A DNA stretch of 64,000 nt, taken from the NCBI GenBank assembly GCA_036507075.1, contig DASXQR010000017.1, positions 1-64,000 of the forward strand, given 5' to 3'. Positions 51,065 to 62,889 of this stretch are shown piece by piece (positions within the stretch are counted from its first letter, which is position 1; each line of letters starts with the position of its first letter). The position numbers and the translations under genes were made by a program. The DNA is from Acidobacteriota bacterium (GTDB lineage: Bacteria; Acidobacteriota; UBA6911; JACQSX01). The notes under the pieces are model-generated. The model was given only the letters and a program-made list of their open reading frames with translations, did not search any database and was not told where the DNA came from.

Positions 51065-51067
51065 GCC

Positions 51068-51147
51068 AGCGGAGAGACGGCCTAAGGGCCGTCTCCGCCG
51101 CGATGTAAATTGCCAAGCTGAGACGGCCCTCAGGCCGTTTCTCCGCT
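51068..51147. repeat. REP doublet, right of transposase relic
   Basis: AGCGGAGAGACGGCCTAAGGGCCGTCTC ... GAGACGGCCCTCAGGCCGTTTCTCCGCT. Confidence 0.88.
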
Positions 51148-51177
51148 CCCACGGCGGGCGGTGTGGATCACACGATT

Positions 51178-52857
51178 CTATGCCAGAGTGAATTGGAGGC
51201 GAGTTACCGAGGCAGGCGCGAATCGGTGGATGGCTGTTTTGCCGTTGACGGCCAGATCTGCGCTGGTCGGGATAAGAGCGGTCGGGTTGGCGAAGCTGTT
51301 GTGGGCATGAATATCCGAGGCAGACAGGGTCTGAATCTGGCACGATCGCAGGGAAGCTCCGGCGACGGATATTTCCGTATCGCGGCTTTCGCTCGCATGG
51401 GGATTGACCAGAGTCAGCAGCAGCGTCTTTCCCTGCAGTGAGGCCGAACCAGCCAGGCCCCACAGGCTGGCTGGTTTTTCCGCTCGCTGATAGGACACGC
51501 GTGGCGCAGAGATCACGGTTCGCACCGCTTGGGCGCCCTGGTGGGCGGCGTACATTTCAAAGACATGGAAATTGGGCGTGGCGACAAAGCGGTCCTCGTG
51601 GGCGACAAAGAGGGAGTGGATGGTGTTGATCAACTGGGCCACGTTTGCCATCACGATTTTGTCGGCGTGGCGGTTGAAAGTATCCAGAGTGAGAGCGGCA
51701 ATCAGCGCATCGCGCAGTGTGGGAAGATAACCGAACAAAAATGCAGCCGGAACGTCCTGAGACTGCGCGTGCCAGGCTCCCCATTCGTCCACGATCAGCT
51801 TGACGCGGTGTTCCGGGTCTGCTTCTCCCATGGCCAGCCAATGCTGCTCGACCAGAGCTTCCATTCGGTCCGCGCGGTTTAGCAGTTCGTACCAGTCTTC
51901 CAGCGTAAAATCGATCGACTGGCGCTTGCCGACTGTTCCGCAGTAATAATGAAGCGCCCAGCCATAAAGATTGTTAAGTTGCCCTCTGCCTTTCTCGACC
52001 ATGTTGGCAAAGAAACGGCGAGTCCAGTCCACGCTTCCATTGGGTGAGCCACCGTTTGGCCCGGCCGCGATAAAAGAGGGCATCCGTCCGTAGCGAGGAA
52101 CCCAACTGATGAATTTGCGGTACTCTGTCGCATAATCCTCGGGTGTAAAATTTCCTCCACAGCCCCAGGGCTCGTTTCCGACCCCCCAGAAGCGAACGTC
52201 AAAGGGGGCGGTGTCACCATTGGCTGACCGCAGATCGGAAAGGCTGGTCAATCCGGAAGGGGCGTTACAATACTCAACCCACTCGTAAAAGTCCCTGGGC
52301 GTAAGGCTGCGGACGTTGGCCGCCAGATAAGGCTGTGATCCGGTGAGCCTGCAGAAACGCATGAATTCGTGAGTGCCGAAATGGTTCGGATCGTATTTCT
52401 GAGGCCCGTTCGGGGCATTATTCATCGAACCGGCCCAGAAATTCGTGCGCCGCGAACGCGCCTCACGCGGCCCGATGCCATCGCGCCAGTTGTAACTGTC
52501 GGCAAAGCAGCCGCCTGGCCACCGAACCACCGGCGGTTTGATTCTACGCATGTACTCGATCAACTGGCTGCGAATGCCGGCCTGATTTGCAATCTTCGAG
52601 TTTTCACCTACCCAGACGCCGTCATAGATTACCCCTCCCAGATGCTCGATGAAGTGCCCGTAAATGTCAGGTGTAATTGTGCCGATCGGTTCGTTGATCA
52701 GAACTTCAATCCTGGAATCGGCCGAGCGGGCGCTGCGGGGCGCCAAAAGAGCGGCGGCGGCGGCAAGCGTCGAGGCCAGGAACTGGCGGCGGCCTGCTGC
52801 GGTGGGACGGCGGTTGTTGCGGTTTTGTGATTGCACTATGGTTGTTTTCAAGTCCAT
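51178..52857 (-). CDS. Alpha-L-arabinofuranosidase (GH51), Tat-exported
   Basis: GRRQFL Tat motif; YGHFIEHLG, RWPGGCFAD, WGVGNE, VDEWG, MANVAQLIN. Confidence 0.93.
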   Translation of the reverse strand: MDLKTTIVQSQNRNNRRPTAAGRRQFLASTLAAAAALLAPRSARSADSRIEVLINEPIGTITPDIYGHFIEHLGGVIYDGVWVGENSKIANQAGIRSQLIEYMRRIKPPVVRWPGGCFADSYNWRDGIGPREARSRRTNFWAGSMNNAPNGPQKYDPNHFGTHEFMRFCRLTGSQPYLAANVRSLTPRDFYEWVEYCNAPSGLTSLSDLRSANGDTAPFDVRFWGVGNEPWGCGGNFTPEDYATEYRKFISWVPRYGRMPSFIAAGPNGGSPNGSVDWTRRFFANMVEKGRGQLNNLYGWALHYYCGTVGKRQSIDFTLEDWYELLNRADRMEALVEQHWLAMGEADPEHRVKLIVDEWGAWHAQSQDVPAAFLFGYLPTLRDALIAALTLDTFNRHADKIVMANVAQLINTIHSLFVAHEDRFVATPNFHVFEMYAAHQGAQAVRTVISAPRVSYQRAEKPASLWGLAGSASLQGKTLLLTLVNPHASESRDTEISVAGASLRSCQIQTLSASDIHAHNSFANPTALIPTSADLAVNGKTAIHRFAPASVTRLQFTLA

Positions 52858-52874
52858 GTCAACCGAGCCGGGAA

Positions 52875-53094
52875 CCGGTGAAAGAATCTACCACAGAGGC
52901 GCATCCCGGCCCTAGGCCGCAAACAAACGCGTCATCGGTCATCAGTCATTGGTCATTAGTAGAATTTTGCTAAGAATTTTTTTAACAAGGGTTCTCCAAA
53001 GCCGTCTACGTCCACGAACGTGCACGTGACCGTCTTCGGCTTTTTGTTTGGTTGCGGCCTACGGCCGCCCTTCGGTGGTGAATCTTTTCACCGG
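52875..53094. repeat. Nested composite of several repeat families
   Basis: Outer ccggtgaaaga / tcttttcaccgg; GGCC-N-GGCCGC palindromes; gtcatt 7-mers; caaagccgtctacgtccac end at 52997. Confidence 0.7.
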
Positions 53095-53112
53095 CTCTCC
53101 CGGGCGGCTGTC

Positions 53113-54564
53113 TTACGGGAAAATTCCCAGTTCGCCGTAGGAGCGTTCAATCTTGCCGATGGCCAGGACATAGGCTGCCGTCCTGAGGCTTTTTAAATTC
53201 TGCTTGCGATAAATGTCCAGGATGGCCTGAAAAGCCTGGATCATGGTTCCTTCCAGCCCGGAGTTGACCAGTTCGATTTCGTCCGGTCCGTGCACCAGCA
53301 GGTTTCGCGTACCCGGTGAAATGGGCGCGTGCAGGCACTCCTCGAGGGCTTTCACGACGGTGTCGCCGCGAATTTCTTCCAGCCGCTTTTCCATGCGGCC
53401 ATAGCGCATGTGCGCTAGGTTTTTCCCCCATTCGAAATAGGAAACAATGACGCCGCCGGCGTTCAGGTAAATATCGGGAATGATCCAGACGTCACGCTTC
53501 AGAAGCTCTTTCTCCGCCTCAACCGTAGTGGGACCATTGGCCGCTTCCGCCAGGATCCGGCATTGCACGCGTCCCACGTTGTCCAGAGCAATCTGGTTTT
53601 GCAATGCCGCAGGAATCAAGATGTCGCACGGCACCTCAAGGCAGCCCCTGGATCCATCGAATGTCTTGGCGCCGTCGAAATTCCGAATGCTGCCCTGCTT
53701 GTCGCGATGCTCTTTCAGTTTCGCTATGTCCAGCCCCGAAGGGTTGTAGATCCATCCGTCAAGCTCCCCGACGGCGATGATCCGGCAACGATCTTCTTCC
53801 CAGAGGAAGCGCGCAGCGTGATAGCCGACGTTTCCGAATCCCTGGATCACCACCGACTTGCCTTCCAGTCCGGGAGCAATCTTGCGCCTTTTCAACTCGT
53901 CTGTCTGGCGCATCGCTTCCCGGAGCCCGAATTGGACCCCTCGCCCCGTGGCTTCGGTCCGGCCGCGGATCCCGCCCTGAGTCACGGGCTTGCCGGTGAC
54001 ACAGGCCATGTTGTTGATGCCACCCGGGAAAAAAGCATCATACGTATCGGCGATCCAGGCCATCTCGCGCTCGCCGGTGCCCATGTCGGGAGCCGGGACA
54101 TTGATTCCCGGACCGATGAATCCCTTGCGGATCAGCTCGGCTGTGTACCGGCGGGTGATTTTTTCAAGCTCATCAGGTGTGTATTCTCGCGTGTCGATTG
54201 CCACGCCGCCCTTCGATCCCCCGAACGGCACGTCTACGATGGCGCACTTGTAGGTCATCAGAGCCGCCAGCGCCATGATCTCGTCCTGGTCAACAGTGGG
54301 GCTGAAGCGGATCCCGCCCTTGAGCGGCTTGCGATGGTGGGAGTGCTCCGCCCGCCAGCCCTGGAAGATCTGGTACCGATTCCCGAACTTTACCGGGAAC
54401 TGCATGAAAAACACGTTGTCGCAGGTCTTGATTTGAAGCGCCAGGTCCCTGGGAATTTTCATGTGGGTGGCCGCTTCGTCAAACTGTGCTGAAACGATCC
54501 GATTCAAATTGAGGTCTTCGGTGAGCGCTCCGTGGCGCGGTTTCTTCGGTGCTGTCGCCTTCAT
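53113..54564 (-). CDS. gdhA: Glutamate dehydrogenase (Glu/Leu/Phe/Val dehydrogenase family)
   Basis: KGGIRF, MTYKCA, PFGGSKGG, VPAPDMGT, QGFGNVG, EAANGP, NAGGVIVSYFEW. Confidence 0.93.
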   Translation of the reverse strand: MKATAPKKPRHGALTEDLNLNRIVSAQFDEAATHMKIPRDLALQIKTCDNVFFMQFPVKFGNRYQIFQGWRAEHSHHRKPLKGGIRFSPTVDQDEIMALAALMTYKCAIVDVPFGGSKGGVAIDTREYTPDELEKITRRYTAELIRKGFIGPGINVPAPDMGTGEREMAWIADTYDAFFPGGINNMACVTGKPVTQGGIRGRTEATGRGVQFGLREAMRQTDELKRRKIAPGLEGKSVVIQGFGNVGYHAARFLWEEDRCRIIAVGELDGWIYNPSGLDIAKLKEHRDKQGSIRNFDGAKTFDGSRGCLEVPCDILIPAALQNQIALDNVGRVQCRILAEAANGPTTVEAEKELLKRDVWIIPDIYLNAGGVIVSYFEWGKNLAHMRYGRMEKRLEEIRGDTVVKALEECLHAPISPGTRNLLVHGPDEIELVNSGLEGTMIQAFQAILDIYRKQNLKSLRTAAYVLAIGKIERSYGELGIFP

Positions 54565-54690
54565 TTGTTGTCCTTTGTCACGGGGTCCTCAGCCGCGTAG
54601 AAACCAAGCTCAGGCTGAAGAAGAAAATACATCACTTTGGCTGGCGATATGAACAAGGTTTCACAACATCTTGAAAAAATTAGGTTTTCG

Positions 54691-54714
54691 ACTGTACCTG
54701 TCCTATGGTACAGT
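54691..54714. promoter_or_regulatory. Candidate operator palindrome between divergent gdhA and the radical SAM genes
   Basis: ACTGTACC-N8-GGTACAGT in an AT-rich intergenic region. Confidence 0.45.
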
Positions 54715-54952
54715 TCAATCAAAAATTTGAAGCTGTCCCCCTTTCACGGGGTTTGGCCGCTTGATCTCGACGATTTTTAGTGCAAGACTGCCAGCCTCTA
54801 AAAGATCTCTTGAGCAACGTTTGGAAAACAACCGTTTTCATTAGCTAAGGTTTACGAGGCGAGAGACGAAGGAAGGGGCTTCGTATTTGGCCATCGGACA
54901 GTCAGTCCCCGCGCCTGTCATTTTCGCTAATCCAGTTCATAAGGAGGGAAGA

Positions 54953-57028
<2,076 letters not shown>

Positions 57029-57120
57029 GAGCACGAATTTTCAAGGCACGAATTTCACGAATTTCACGAATTCTTTAAATAACTTCGTGAAATTCGTGGA
57101 AATTCGTGAAATTCGTGCTC
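57029..57120. repeat. Inverted CACGAATTT element
   Basis: gagcacgaattt...aaattcgtgctc, beginning right after the stop codon. Confidence 0.9.
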
Positions 57121-57252
57121 AACTGCCCGGGTCCGCTCCGCTTTTTTTCTCCCGTCCATCTTCAACCAGCCTAAAATAGAACGTGCTGACGTTCACAGGG
57201 GTGCGGATAACCCGACTTCCCGTGTCTGCGTCTTAGGGCTGTCTTGCCGCTT

Positions 57253-58698
57253 ATGAATCTGCGTGAACCGGGTGCCGTGTTGTTGATTTCCTGTTACGAG
57301 CTTGGGCACCAGCCTGCAGGCATCGCATTTCCAATGGCGTTTCTCGAGGCAGACGGGTACCGCCCGCACGCCCTGGACATCGCCGTGGAGAATTTTGACG
57401 CCGCCAAGGCCGCCGCCCTCTTTGTCGGTATTTCCGTTCCCATGCACACGGCGCTGCGTTTGGGAGTCAGGGTGGCCGAGCGTGTGCGCAGCGTCAATCC
57501 GAATTGCCACATATGCTTCTATGGCCTGTACGCGGCTTTGAACAGCGATTATCTTCTGACCACCGTCGCCGATTCGACGATCGGAGGGGAATTTGAAACT
57601 TCGCTGATTGCGCTTTGCCAGGCTTTGCAGGAAGGCACCCGACCCGAAATTGAAGGTGTCAGTTATCGCGACGGCTTCAGGTCAGGACCGAGGCTGAAGA
57701 AATCTTTATTCCCCACTCCTCGCCGTGGCCATCTTCCCTCGCTGGAACATTATGCCCGCCTGGAATACCGGGGAAACAGAGAGCTGGCTGGTTACGCAGA
57801 AGCAACCCGGGGCTGCCTGCATCATTGCCTCCATTGTCCCTGGCCTCCGGTGTACGACGGGCGCTTCTTTGTCGTTCCGGCGCAGACGGTCATTGCCGAT
57901 GTACGAGGCCAGATAGAGCAGGGCGCGCGTCATATCACCTTCGGAGACCCTGATTTCCTGAACGGACCGGCGCATTCACTAAGGATCGCGCGCCTGCTGC
58001 ATGAGGAGTTTCCGCAACTGACCTTTGATTTCACCGCCAAGGTGGAGCACCTGTTGAAGCACCAATCGTTGCTTCCCGAAATGGCGAGACTGGGCTGCCT
58101 TTTCATTGTTACTGCGGCCGAGTCTTTGAGCGCCGCGGTGCTCAAAAACCTGCACAAGGGACACACGCCTGCCGACGTTGTCGCGGCCCTGGAAGCTGTC
58201 CGGCGCGCAGGTATTTGTTTCCGGCCCACATGGGTCGCGTTCACGCCATGGACCGGGCTGCAGGATTACCTGGAGATGCTCGATTTCATCGAGCGAGAAG
58301 ATTTAATAGACCACGTGGACGCGGTTCAGTATTCCATCCGCCTGCTGGTGCCGCCGGGATCCAGGCTTTTGCAGCAGCCGGCAATGAAGCCTCATTTGCT
58401 TGAATTGGACCAGGCGTCATTCAGTTATCGTTGGAAGCATCCTGACCGTCGTATGGAACAACTCTACTGTTGGGTAACGGAATTGGTGCGACGGGAGACA
58501 GAGCGGTCTTCACCAGCCATCGACATCTTTCATCAAGTTCAAAAACGAGTGTTCAAGATTTCGGGCGCCGGAAGGAAGCGTGATGCCGGATTTTCCTCCC
58601 TGTCGGTTATCCGAGAGCAGGCTGCGCGACTTACCGAACCATGGTTCTGCTGAGCGGAGCCGACAGAGAGCCAGTTTGGCTCTCTTGGCCGGTTGTGA
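57253..58698 (+). CDS. CUAEP-tail B12-binding radical SAM selenoprotein (UGA at 58651 read as Sec)
   Basis: SCYELGHQP N-domain, RGCLHHCLHC, ITFGDPDF; reading through TGA gives LTEPWFC-U-AEPTESQFGSLGRL*. Confidence 0.85.
58658..58694 (+). other. Candidate bacterial SECIS hairpin
   Basis: Perfect 9-bp stem AGAGAGCCA/TGGCTCTCT (58665-58685) with G-containing loop 20 nt after UGA; lower stem AGCCG/CGGTT. Confidence 0.7.
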
Positions 58699-58699
58699 G

Positions 58700-58857
58700 T
58701 AGTCAGTTGGCCGTAGTCCGTTGAAGTCTAGAAGTCGAAAGTCAAAGGTCGAAAGTCGAAATTCAGACTTTTGACTTTCGACCTTTGACCTTCGACTTTC
58801 AACTCCAACTGACAACGGACAACGGACGATTGACTACTGGCAATCGACTACGGACAA
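58700..58857. repeat. Nested inverted 7-mer arrays (outer GTTGTCM/ACAACKG, inner AAGTCGA/TCGACTT)
   Basis: agtcgaaagtcaaaggtcgaaagtc / gacttttgactttcgacctttgaccttcgactt inside tagtcagttg...ggacaa arms. Confidence 0.88.
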
Positions 58858-58872
58858 AATCAGGAGGTTAAA

Positions 58873-59469
58873 GTGAACGACGAGATAAAAATTACAGCCG
58901 AGGTCGACAAGCTGAATATTTCAACTTGTAGATTTACCGTCGACCGACCTGTGTACACGGGCAGGGCGACGTTCAACAACGCTGAAGAAGCCAAAGGGAA
59001 TGCATTAGCGGAGCGGCTTTTCCGGATTGAAGAGGTCGTAGGTGTGGAGCTTTTGGGAAGTATCGTGGTGCTCACCTGCCTGGGCGGCCGCGGGTGGAGA
59101 GAGATCGGCCCGCAGGTGGGCTCCGCCATCCGGGAGTTTATTGCATCAGGCAAGGCGCCCAGCGAAGAACAATATAAAGCCAGCTTGCCGGATCCGGCTC
59201 TGCTGCGGGAAAAAGTGCGGGAGCTTCTTGAGCTTCAGATCAACCCTGGCGTGGCATCGCATGGAGGCTACGTGGAGTTGATTGATGTAAAGGATCACAA
59301 CGCATACGTGCGGATGGGTGGGGGCTGTCAGGGTTGCGGCGCCGCCGACGTTACACTGAAGCAGGGAATCGAGACCCTGATTCGCGACGAGGTTCCCGAG
59401 ATTTGGCAGGTCATCGACATCACCGACCACGCCGCCGGCACCAATCCGTACTACGAGGCGGCGAAGTAA
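58873..59469 (+). CDS. NfuA/NifU-family Fe-S carrier (Nfu_N + NifU domains)
   Basis: GTG after AGGAGG; LAERLF, INPGVASHGG, MGGGCQGC, TLKQGIE, TDHAAGTNPYY. Confidence 0.9.
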   Translation: MNDEIKITAEVDKLNISTCRFTVDRPVYTGRATFNNAEEAKGNALAERLFRIEEVVGVELLGSIVVLTCLGGRGWREIGPQVGSAIREFIASGKAPSEEQYKASLPDPALLREKVRELLELQINPGVASHGGYVELIDVKDHNAYVRMGGGCQGCGAADVTLKQGIETLIRDEVPEIWQVIDITDHAAGTNPYYEAAK

Positions 59470-59472
59470 TTC

Positions 59473-59752
59473 GTTGTCCGTTGCCAGTTGTCCGTTTTCA
59501 GTTGTCCGTTGTTAGTTGTCCGTTGTCAGTTGTTCGTTGTCCGTTGTCAGTTGTCCGTTGTCGGTTGAAGTAAACGCCCTCAAAGTTGAAGGCCGGTTGT
59601 CGGAGCGTTGAACTCCAAGATGGTGTTGGGATGTTTGACGTGCGGACCTTCGGCCTTTTAATCTTCGACCTTCGACAGACCACTGACAACGAACAACTGA
59701 CAACGGACAACTAACAACTGACAACCGACAACGGACAACGGACAACTGACAA
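59473..59752. repeat. Long inverted GTTGTCM / ACAACKG 7-mer array
   Basis: Long gttgtcc/gttgtca run (59473-59566) and complementary acaactg/acaacgg run (59680-59752). Confidence 0.92.
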
Positions 59753-60973
59753 ATGCGCGTACTATTACTCCTTCCCGGCACTTCTTATCGTAGCGGCGCG
59801 TTCCTGGCCGCTGCTCAAAAACTTGGCGCTGAAATCGTGGTGGCAAGCGAAGAGAAGAACGCACTGGCCGGGTTGAATCCGGCAGGGCTCCTGACGCTGG
59901 ATTTCGACGCTCCCGACGCTTGCGCCGCGCAGTTGGCCGCGCAGGTGCAGCCGGCAATCGACGCCGTAATTGGCGTCGATGAGCGAACAGCCGTCGTCGC
60001 CGCGACGGTTTCTGCGAAGCTGGGGCTTCGCCACAATCCGATTGAAGCTGTGGTGGCTGCGGGCGACAAGCTTAAGATGCGCCGGAAACTCTCAGAGAGT
60101 GGAATTCCGGTCCCCCCATTCGAGTCTTGCAGCCTGTCAGAAGATCCCACGCAGTTGTCCAAACGGGTCGCCTATCCATGCGTGCTGAAGCCGTTGAATC
60201 TTTCCGCAAGCCGTGGCGTAATACGCGCCAACAACGAGGCCGAGTTCATTCAAAGTTTTCTGCGGGTGCGGTCAATCGTGCAGGGCCCGGCGTCCGGCAA
60301 CGGGAATTCCACCTCCCGCAACATCCTGGTGGAACAGTATTTGCCCGGAAAGGAAGTTGCCGTGGAGGGTCTTCTGCTTGATGGAAATCTTCACCCGCTC
60401 GCGATCTTCGACAAACCCGATCCTCTGGAGGGTCCGTTCTTTGAAGAGACCATCTACGTCACGCCGTCGCGACTGTCGCACGATCAACAGGGATCGATCA
60501 TAGCCGCGGCAGGCCTCGCCGCCGGCGCGCTGGGCCTGCGGCACGGGCCGGTGCATGTGGAGCTGCGGATCAATGAGCGCGGGCCGTGGATTTTAGAAAT
60601 CGCAGGGCGTTCCATAGGCGGCCGCTGCTCGCGGGCGCTGCGGTTTGGAGACGGCGTCTCCCTGGAAGAACTGACTTTGCGGCACGCCCTGCGGTTGCCC
60701 TTGATGCTGGAAAGAGAGCGCGCGGCGTCGGGAGTTATGATGATTCCGATTCCACGAGGCGGCATTTTGCGCGAAGTGCGGGGCCTGGATGAAGCCCGGT
60801 CCGTGCCGGGAGTGGATGAGGTCAGCATCACGGCGCACCGGGGCCAGCGGCTGGTCCCCTGGCCGGAAGGCTCGCAATACCTGGGTTTCCTGTTTGCACG
60901 CTCCCAGGAACCGGAACAGGTGGAGGCGGCGCTGCGGCTTGCTCACAGCCGGCTGGAGATAGTTTTCGAATAG
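59753..60973 (+). CDS. ATP-grasp domain protein
   Basis: DKLKMR, YPCVLKP..SASRGV, LVEQYLPGKEVAVEG, HVELR, EIAGRSIGG. Confidence 0.9.
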   Translation: MRVLLLLPGTSYRSGAFLAAAQKLGAEIVVASEEKNALAGLNPAGLLTLDFDAPDACAAQLAAQVQPAIDAVIGVDERTAVVAATVSAKLGLRHNPIEAVVAAGDKLKMRRKLSESGIPVPPFESCSLSEDPTQLSKRVAYPCVLKPLNLSASRGVIRANNEAEFIQSFLRVRSIVQGPASGNGNSTSRNILVEQYLPGKEVAVEGLLLDGNLHPLAIFDKPDPLEGPFFEETIYVTPSRLSHDQQGSIIAAAGLAAGALGLRHGPVHVELRINERGPWILEIAGRSIGGRCSRALRFGDGVSLEELTLRHALRLPLMLERERAASGVMMIPIPRGGILREVRGLDEARSVPGVDEVSITAHRGQRLVPWPEGSQYLGFLFARSQEPEQVEAALRLAHSRLEIVFE

Positions 60974-60985
60974 CCTCGGCCGGTT

Positions 60986-61115
60986 TTTGCCACGAAGACA
61001 CTAAGGATCAGGAATCTATCCAGTAGTGACACTTCTCGAATCAACCACGATCGAGCAAGAGTGTCAGTTCTAACTAAATTATTAAATCTTTGTGTCTTCG
61101 TGTCTTCGTGGCAAA
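60986..61115. mobile_element. MITE-like element (GCCACGAAG arms), copy 1
   Basis: tttgccacgaagacac...gtgtcttcgtggcaaa with core agtgacacttctcgaatcaaccacgatcg. Confidence 0.65.
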
Positions 61116-62560
61116 GAACCCTCGGCATAGATTTCCGTACGGTTGCGGCCCAGTTCTTTTGCCTTGTACAGGGCTCGATCGGCACATTCGATCAGCTCTC
61201 GCACATCCTTGGCATGCTCGGGAAAAGTTGCCACCCCTGCGCTTAGTTCAATCATGCCGCACGGTGCGGGATGGCACTGGAGTTCATTTCGCAGTCTATC
61301 TATGAGCATCTTTGCGCGCGTGGGATGGGTTTCCGGCAGCAGGATGGTGAACTCGTCGCCTCCGTAGCGGGCCAGGAGATCGGTTGAGCGTGTGGTCCGT
61401 TTCAATAGCTGGGCAACATAAGCTAAAACCTTGTCTCCCTCGGCATGTCCCTGAGTGTCGTTTACCTGTTTGAATTGATCCAGGTCCAGCATCACGATGG
61501 TGCATTCACGGTGCTTGCGGCGTGATCGCTCTATTTCGTCTTCAAGACGCTCGTAGAAGTAGCGGCGGTTGTAGAGCTCAGTCAAGCCGTCAGTGCGGGC
61601 CTGGTTTTCTATGGTCTTGAAAAGCTGCGCCATTTGAAGAGCCACTGCAGTTTGCGTGCCCAGAAAATCAAATTTAAGCTGTTCCTCTTCTGTCCAGCGA
61701 TGAGACTCTTTGTGATAGATGCGGAGTTCGCCGAAATCCTGAGCGTCACTCTGAAGTCGTGTCACCAGTCGTGAGTGGAATGAAAGCTCCCCCACGGGAG
61801 ACTGCTTCATGTCCGCCGAGCAGAAGAGTCCCGGATTGGTCGAACCATCGAAATCGGTCGAAGAGTCATCGACGCAGAAGGCGCCCATACGCACGGTTTG
61901 GCCTTCCATTACCAGGAGTTCCACCGCATCGCACTTCATGATGTCTCGGACCGCTCGCGGGCATCTGGAGACAATCTGCGCCTCATTGAGAGAGCGGGTC
62001 AGATGTCGTCCGAACCCGACAAGATCCTGAGTGAAACCGATGGATCGCCGCGTGAGCGGAAGGTGCCGGCTGGGTCTGGAAACGAGCGCGGCGACGATTG
62101 AGGAAAGACAAAAAAGTAAAACAAGGCGCAATGAAAAATCGGCCTTATCCGCCCATGCTTCGATTGCGAAGTAGGCGGCCAGACCAACATACAGAATCAT
62201 GACTGCCGAAATCGCTATCATAGCCAGCCGATAGCCGGGAACAAAACCGGCCACGCCGAGTAAAAACAGCAGTACTGCAAACGGCGCAGTGTTTGAGAAT
62301 GGGAACAAATAAAGGGCGGCAGCGGCGGCGATATTGACCGTCGACAAGCGCAGCAGCAGCGATGGATTAGTGAACAGAGTGGAGCGGTTGACGGTTATAA
62401 AAGTTGAGATCCCGATGAGTGCCAGAGAGGCTAGAAGGTACGGCAGATAGTACGCATGTTCGCGGGACAGGTAAACCAGACAGACAGCAGTCCCTGACAT
62501 TGCCCATTGCGGCAATAGGATATAGAGATCACCTGAAGAAAGGTATCGCTGCCTCGCCAA
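61082..62560 (-). CDS. Membrane diguanylate cyclase (transmembrane + GAF-like + GGDEF)
   Basis: DGLTELYNRR, DLDQFKQVND..GH..GD, RSTD I-site, ARYGGDEF, ADRALYKAK..GRN. Confidence 0.92.
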   Translation of the reverse strand: MARQRYLSSGDLYILLPQWAMSGTAVCLVYLSREHAYYLPYLLASLALIGISTFITVNRSTLFTNPSLLLRLSTVNIAAAAALYLFPFSNTAPFAVLLFLLGVAGFVPGYRLAMIAISAVMILYVGLAAYFAIEAWADKADFSLRLVLLFCLSSIVAALVSRPSRHLPLTRRSIGFTQDLVGFGRHLTRSLNEAQIVSRCPRAVRDIMKCDAVELLVMEGQTVRMGAFCVDDSSTDFDGSTNPGLFCSADMKQSPVGELSFHSRLVTRLQSDAQDFGELRIYHKESHRWTEEEQLKFDFLGTQTAVALQMAQLFKTIENQARTDGLTELYNRRYFYERLEDEIERSRRKHRECTIVMLDLDQFKQVNDTQGHAEGDKVLAYVAQLLKRTTRSTDLLARYGGDEFTILLPETHPTRAKMLIDRLRNELQCHPAPCGMIELSAGVATFPEHAKDVRELIECADRALYKAKELGRNRTEIYAEGSLPRRHEDTKI

Positions 62561-62624
62561 TGATTAACATGTTATAAATAAAGGCCTTCGACCGCAAGCA
62601 GTCTTTGATTACCGAAAGATCTTC

Positions 62625-62881
62625 TGCCACGAAGCCACGAAGACACGAAGATTTAACAACTCAATTGGAATTGGCACTTCTGCACGAAATGATGATTGAT
62701 TTGAGAATTGTTTTTTGGCAAGTTTATCAAAGCCGTCTACGTCCACGAGACGTCCACGACTACGTCCAACGTCCACGAGGGACGGCCACGTCTACGATAA
62801 CGTCTACAATCTGGTGGAGTGCAGCCTGGGTTGCAGGCAATTGAAGCTGATCATCCTGCGTGCCTTCGTGGCTTCGTGGCA
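62625..62881. mobile_element. MITE-like element, copy 2 (inverted core, interrupted by a 6-mer-family element)
   Basis: Arms tgccacgaagccacgaag / cttcgtggcttcgtggca; 62645-62710 resembles the reverse complement of the copy-1 core; insert starts caaagccgtctac at 62728. Confidence 0.6.
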
Positions 62882-62889
62882 AACTCCGG

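Noticed and set aside
54600..54950. Cobalamin riboswitch or Rex/CRP site upstream of the radical SAM genes
   Set aside because: Only weak fragments (aagactgcc; tgaacaaggtttcaca with the wrong spacing); no conserved core is recognisable.
58696..58698. A second Sec at the next TGA
   Set aside because: It is followed directly by 7-mer repeat sequence with no plausible protein continuation; treated as the true stop.
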